Shown one piece after another: positions 17,416-20,000 of a DNA stretch of 20,000 nt. The position numbers and the translations under genes were made by a program. The DNA is from an uncultured virus (IMG/VR IMGVR_UViG_3300025892_000017) (lineage: Duplodnaviria > Heunggongvirae > Uroviricota > Caudoviricetes > Crassvirales). The notes beneath the pieces were generated by a model, which saw nothing but the letters and a program-made list of their open reading frames with translations, did not search any database and was not told where the DNA came from. Numbering within the stretch: the stretch's first letter is position 1; every line of letters begins with the position of its first letter. The stretch is from IMG/VR virus record IMGVR_UViG_3300025892_000017, one strand, 5' to 3'.

Positions 17416-17433
17416 TGTACACTCAAGTGTACG
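17416..17433. repeat. 18-bp palindromic repeat, copy 4 (TGTACAC-TCAA-GTGTACG)
   Basis: Directly visible; 1 nt from the stop of 17435..17659. Confidence 0.95.
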
Positions 17434-17434
17434 T

Positions 17435-17659
17435 TTAACTTCTATTTATTTGCTCGATTATATCCATAGCCTTCATCATCGCATAAGTACGTTGTTGCGT
17501 CATCGTACCTGCCACTTGTGGGGTTGGTAATTCGATTCTGTTTTTCATTTCCCAGTCTATTGCCTGACTTTTACTTGGCATTATATAGAACTTTTGGTTG
17601 CGTTGAATAGCATTAGCTATCTCTTTTGTGTGGAATATCTTATCGTCTAACGTCATCAT
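17435..17659 (-). CDS. Hypothetical protein
   Basis: 74 aa. Confidence 0.6.
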   Translation of the reverse strand: MMTLDDKIFHTKEIANAIQRNQKFYIMPSKSQAIDWEMKNRIELPTPQVAGTMTQQRTYAMMKAMDIIEQINRS

Positions 17660-17849
17660 TGAAAATTGTTTGGGGGTTATTTTTGTAGTTATTATTAGCT
17701 ATCTCATAAGCCTTGTAAAGTTTTTGTTGCTCAGGTATTCCAGCGCATGAATGATACGCTTCAGTGTATTTAAGCCACGCTTCAAATTTAGCTTCGTGGT
17801 GCGGGTTCGATGGATTCACATAATGAATTTGTGTCTTTTTCTTACTCAT
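17640..17849 (-). CDS. Hypothetical protein
   Basis: 69 aa; overlaps both neighbours slightly. Confidence 0.55.
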   Translation of the reverse strand: MSKKKTQIHYVNPSNPHHEAKFEAWLKYTEAYHSCAGIPEQQKLYKAYEIANNNYKNNPQTIFNDDVRR

Positions 17850-18024
17850 AATTTCTAACTTTGATTAGTATATCAGTTAATTCATCAGCGGTTTGAAATC
17901 TCTCCACTTGCATATCATAAACGTCATCTGAGTTAGGTGGTGATATACCCACCTCAGGCACGAGGATATATTCATTCTTGTCTATAATAGATACTTCATA
18001 TCCGTTACTAAATGTTAGTTTCAT
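17842..18024 (-). CDS. Hypothetical protein (MKLTFSNGYEVSII...)
   Basis: The ORF-track start at 18045 lies in the palindrome; the ATG at 18024 is 14 nt downstream. F.NGY.VSII motif is common in small phage proteins. Confidence 0.6.
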   Translation of the reverse strand: MKLTFSNGYEVSIIDKNEYILVPEVGISPPNSDDVYDMQVERFQTADELTDILIKVRNYE

Positions 18025-18038
18025 ATTGTTATAGATTT

Positions 18039-18056
18039 TGTACACTCAAGTGTACA
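18039..18056. repeat. 18-bp palindromic repeat, copy 5 (TGTACAC-TCAA-GTGTACA)
   Basis: Directly visible. Confidence 0.95.
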
Positions 18057-18059
18057 TTA

Positions 18060-18122
18060 TTAAAATTCATCTTGCATATCTAACAAGGCTTGTTGCATCG
18101 CTTGTAGTTCTTCTTCGTTCAT
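18060..18122 (-). CDS. Micro-ORF, 20-aa acidic helical peptide MNEEELQAMQQALLDMQDEF
   Basis: Read manually; A-rich leader; tandem TAA TAA stops abut repeat copy 5. Confidence 0.5.
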   Translation of the reverse strand: MNEEELQAMQQALLDMQDEF

Positions 18123-18230
18123 TGTATTATATCTTTTATTATTTGCATTATAATTGCTGTGCTTATTGCGACTACAAATATATTTACTAAGGTCATTCTG
18201 CTTGTATTTATTATGTTAATTAATGTTATT

Positions 18231-18248
18231 TGTACACTCAAGTGTACA
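18231..18248. repeat. 18-bp palindromic repeat, copy 6 (TGTACAC-TCAA-GTGTACA)
   Basis: Directly visible. Confidence 0.95.
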
Positions 18249-18292
18249 TTATTAAAATAAAGCCTTTTGAATACTTGCTTAGGTATATAATA

Positions 18293-18820
18293 TTATGCTT
18301 CAATCAATTCAACTAGTTCGATAGTAGCAAGTTCTTTCTTAACTTCTAGCTCATTAAGTAAAGTCTTTAAGTGTTCAATGATTTCTGCTTCGTTACCGTT
18401 AACATGAGTGTTAAGTTTCTCATCAAACCTTGCACCACCTCCACCGATTTCTTTCGATATGCTAAAGGTGTATAACGTTTTCGGTTTCTTGGTTGGTTCA
18501 GGTTTCATGAAGGCTAACAATCCTTTAATCGATGCGGTCGGCTCATTTCCGAGTGATTCGATATAATTCTCAATATCTTCAATCGGTATCTTCGAAGCAT
18601 TTTTAAGTTCACCGAAAAACGTATTACCCACCCCATATAAGGCCGATAGTTCATCTCTATTAATTTTTAATTCTTTCTTATTAGCTTTCCAATAAGTGTA
18701 ACCCTGCAATATGAGTTTACCCATATCGATTTGTAAATAAAGGCTTTTAATTGTGCCCTTATTCGCTCTTGCGCTCAGTGTTTTCACTTGCTTTGCGCTC
18801 TTTTTTAATACTGCATTCAT
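18293..18820 (-). CDS. Hypothetical protein, possible HTH-containing DNA-binding protein
   Basis: 175 aa; INRDELSALYGVGNTFFGELK resembles an HTH; long A-rich leader. Confidence 0.6.
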   Translation of the reverse strand: MNAVLKKSAKQVKTLSARANKGTIKSLYLQIDMGKLILQGYTYWKANKKELKINRDELSALYGVGNTFFGELKNASKIPIEDIENYIESLGNEPTASIKGLLAFMKPEPTKKPKTLYTFSISKEIGGGGARFDEKLNTHVNGNEAEIIEHLKTLLNELEVKKELATIELVELIEA

Positions 18821-18921
18821 AACTTTTACTATTTATTTATTTATACACCCTAACTTTTAGGGCATGGTTTTAATTGATTGCCATTGTTAATGCGGTGGTT
18901 CTCCGCTTCAGTCCTATGTTT

Positions 18922-18939
18922 TGTACGCTCAAGCGTACA
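18922..18939. repeat. 18-bp palindromic repeat, copy 7 (TGTACGC-TCAA-GCGTACA), compensatory variant
   Basis: Directly visible; both arms are changed and the symmetry is retained. Confidence 0.9.
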
Positions 18940-18942
18940 TTT

Positions 18943-19180
18943 TTATCGTGTCAGTTCGCGCTGTTTTGCTTTGCGCTTGTTTCTTCGTTCGTCTTTCCGT
19001 TGCATACTATAACTATATTTATCATGCAGGTTGTCCGCTTGTCGTTTACTATCTGAAGCCCTTCTTTTAGAGTTTCGCTTGATTGACATGGGCGGATGAT
19101 TTCGCCAAGTGTCAGTTGGTCGTTTGCGGTTCATATGTTCCGCATTGCCCTTGATATATTTTATCGTTTCGTTAATCATA
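18943..19180 (-). CDS. Basic hypothetical protein (MINETIKYIK...RELTR)
   Basis: ATG at about 19179 just downstream of the bipartite motif; stop 3 nt before repeat copy 7; very Arg/Lys-rich. Confidence 0.4.
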
Positions 19181-19301
19181 TGCAAATATTTAATCATTAT
19201 TTTTAAGCATCCTAGCATTTAACAAATTTTGTGTTTTAGTGTGTTTTTTCATGTTTGTGTAATGCTTTGCAAATATTCATACAACACTTTCAAGCATCCT
19301 A
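19181..19301 (-). promoter_or_regulatory. Two copies of the bipartite motif TAGGATGCTT-N14-AATATTTGCA; candidate early promoters
   Basis: Copies at 19181-19214 and 19268-19301, with identical 10-mers and identical 14-nt spacing. The downstream half resembles the Bacteroidota -7 box. Confidence 0.6.
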
Positions 19302-19329
19302 ATAAAAACTGTTAACGAATGTTAAAACT

Positions 19330-19732
19330 GTAACTAACTGATTACCAAGTAGTTACAAGTGTTATTTGGGTAACTCCTTGAATATCAATAAGTTATGCGA
19401 TTTTGAGCTGAGCTTACTGCTTATTTAGAATGATTCTAAATAGTAGTACTGGCTCTCTATTTATACAAAGAACCGCGCACACACACGACGTACGCGCGTG
19501 AAAAAAAAATCTCTTAAATCCTAATCGTAACACACTGAATATCAAGTAGTTACAAATTAACTTTATTTAACATATCGTAACTGACTGATTATCAGTTAGT
19601 AAGCACTTCTCGACCTTACCTATACTAAGCCCTCACTTTTATACTAGAGTCGCTTAAAACGGCTTAAAATGGCTCGGTGTTAAAATATGTTAAATGGATA
19701 TCATTGTAAGTTATTGATAGTCAAGCAGTTAG
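19330..19732. repeat. Five 27-bp imperfect palindromes GTAAC-N4-TGA-N3-TCA-N4-GTTAC (IHF-consensus-like)
   Basis: Copies at 19330-19356, 19370-19396, 19527-19553, 19577-19603, 19706-19732. Two contain an exact WATCAANNNNTTR. Confidence 0.75.
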
Positions 19733-19899
19733 AACTTATGAACAATAGATTGTTTATAACTTGGTTTGGTGGTTCATGTTGTTTGTTGTATCGCGTACTA
19801 TTTAGAACGAATCTAAATAAGCTATATACTAGATAAGGTGTACTATTTAGAATGAATCTAAATAAGGTAATGGTTATGCTATTTAGAATGATTCTAGAT
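19423..19899. promoter_or_regulatory. Four 19-bp palindromes ATTTAGAAT-N-ATTCTAAAT (flavobacterial Fur-box-like)
   Basis: Copies at 19423-19441 (perfect 9-1-9), 19800-19818, 19845-19863, 19881-19899. Confidence 0.7.
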
Positions 19900-20000
19900 A
19901 AGGGAATTGTTAAGGGGTGATACTGTCCACCGCTTTCAAGTTCCTATCTACTAACAACATACAATTAACTACCTTAAGCATAACATTAACTAACAACCTC

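Noticed and set aside
17795..17820. GGGTTCGA T-loop-like sequence on the + strand
   Set aside because: No closing T-stem or acceptor stem; it lies antisense within ORF 17640..17849.
14696..18939. CRISPR array interpretation of the palindromic repeats
   Set aside because: Repeats are only 18 bp, the intervals range from 174 to about 1500 bp and contain whole genes, and no cas genes are present.
14696..18939. Classical integron attC sites
   Set aside because: No RYYYAAC/GTTRRRY core ends, far shorter than attC sites, and no integrase in the window; kept only as an analogy.
14696..18939. Repeats as intrinsic terminators of the - strand genes
   Set aside because: On the coding strand the hairpin is followed by an A-run, not a U-tract, and the stem is weak. 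A terminator for antisense transcription cannot be fully excluded.
4654..19056. All + strand ORFs in the track after 4477, and 7706..7939 (-)
   Set aside because: Antisense or alternate-frame shadows of a tightly packed - strand operon; no recognisable motifs.

Overview
Part of an AT-rich tailed-phage genome, most likely a podovirus-like phage of a Bacteroidota (Flavobacteriia) host. The host is inferred from Bacteroidota-type -33/-7 promoters, A-rich leaders lacking Shine-Dalgarno sites, and flavobacterial-type Fur-box palindromes. The + strand (1-4477) carries the 3' part of a very large virion/ejection-type protein and a holin. Everything else is on the - strand. It comprises a replication/recombination module (DnaA-C-like HTH, PD-(D/E)XK nuclease, T7 endonuclease I-like resolvase, primase-helicase, DUF1599-like protein, SSB-like protein, RecE-like exonuclease, Sak/Rad52-like annealing protein), about 8 kb of small early/accessory ORFs, and a non-coding stretch (about 19200-20000) packed with several classes of repeated binding-site-like motifs. 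The strongest unexplained signals are: (1) seven copies of an 18-bp hairpin palindrome TGTACRC-TYAA-GYGTACR placed at gene boundaries, 0-3 nt after a stop codon and in four cases 14-15 nt before the next ATG, dividing the early region into cassette-like modules; (2) two non-canonical tRNA-like RNAs, one with a tmRNA-TLD-like fold; (3) the multi-motif array at the right end. Family assignments come from motif recognition only; no searches were run.
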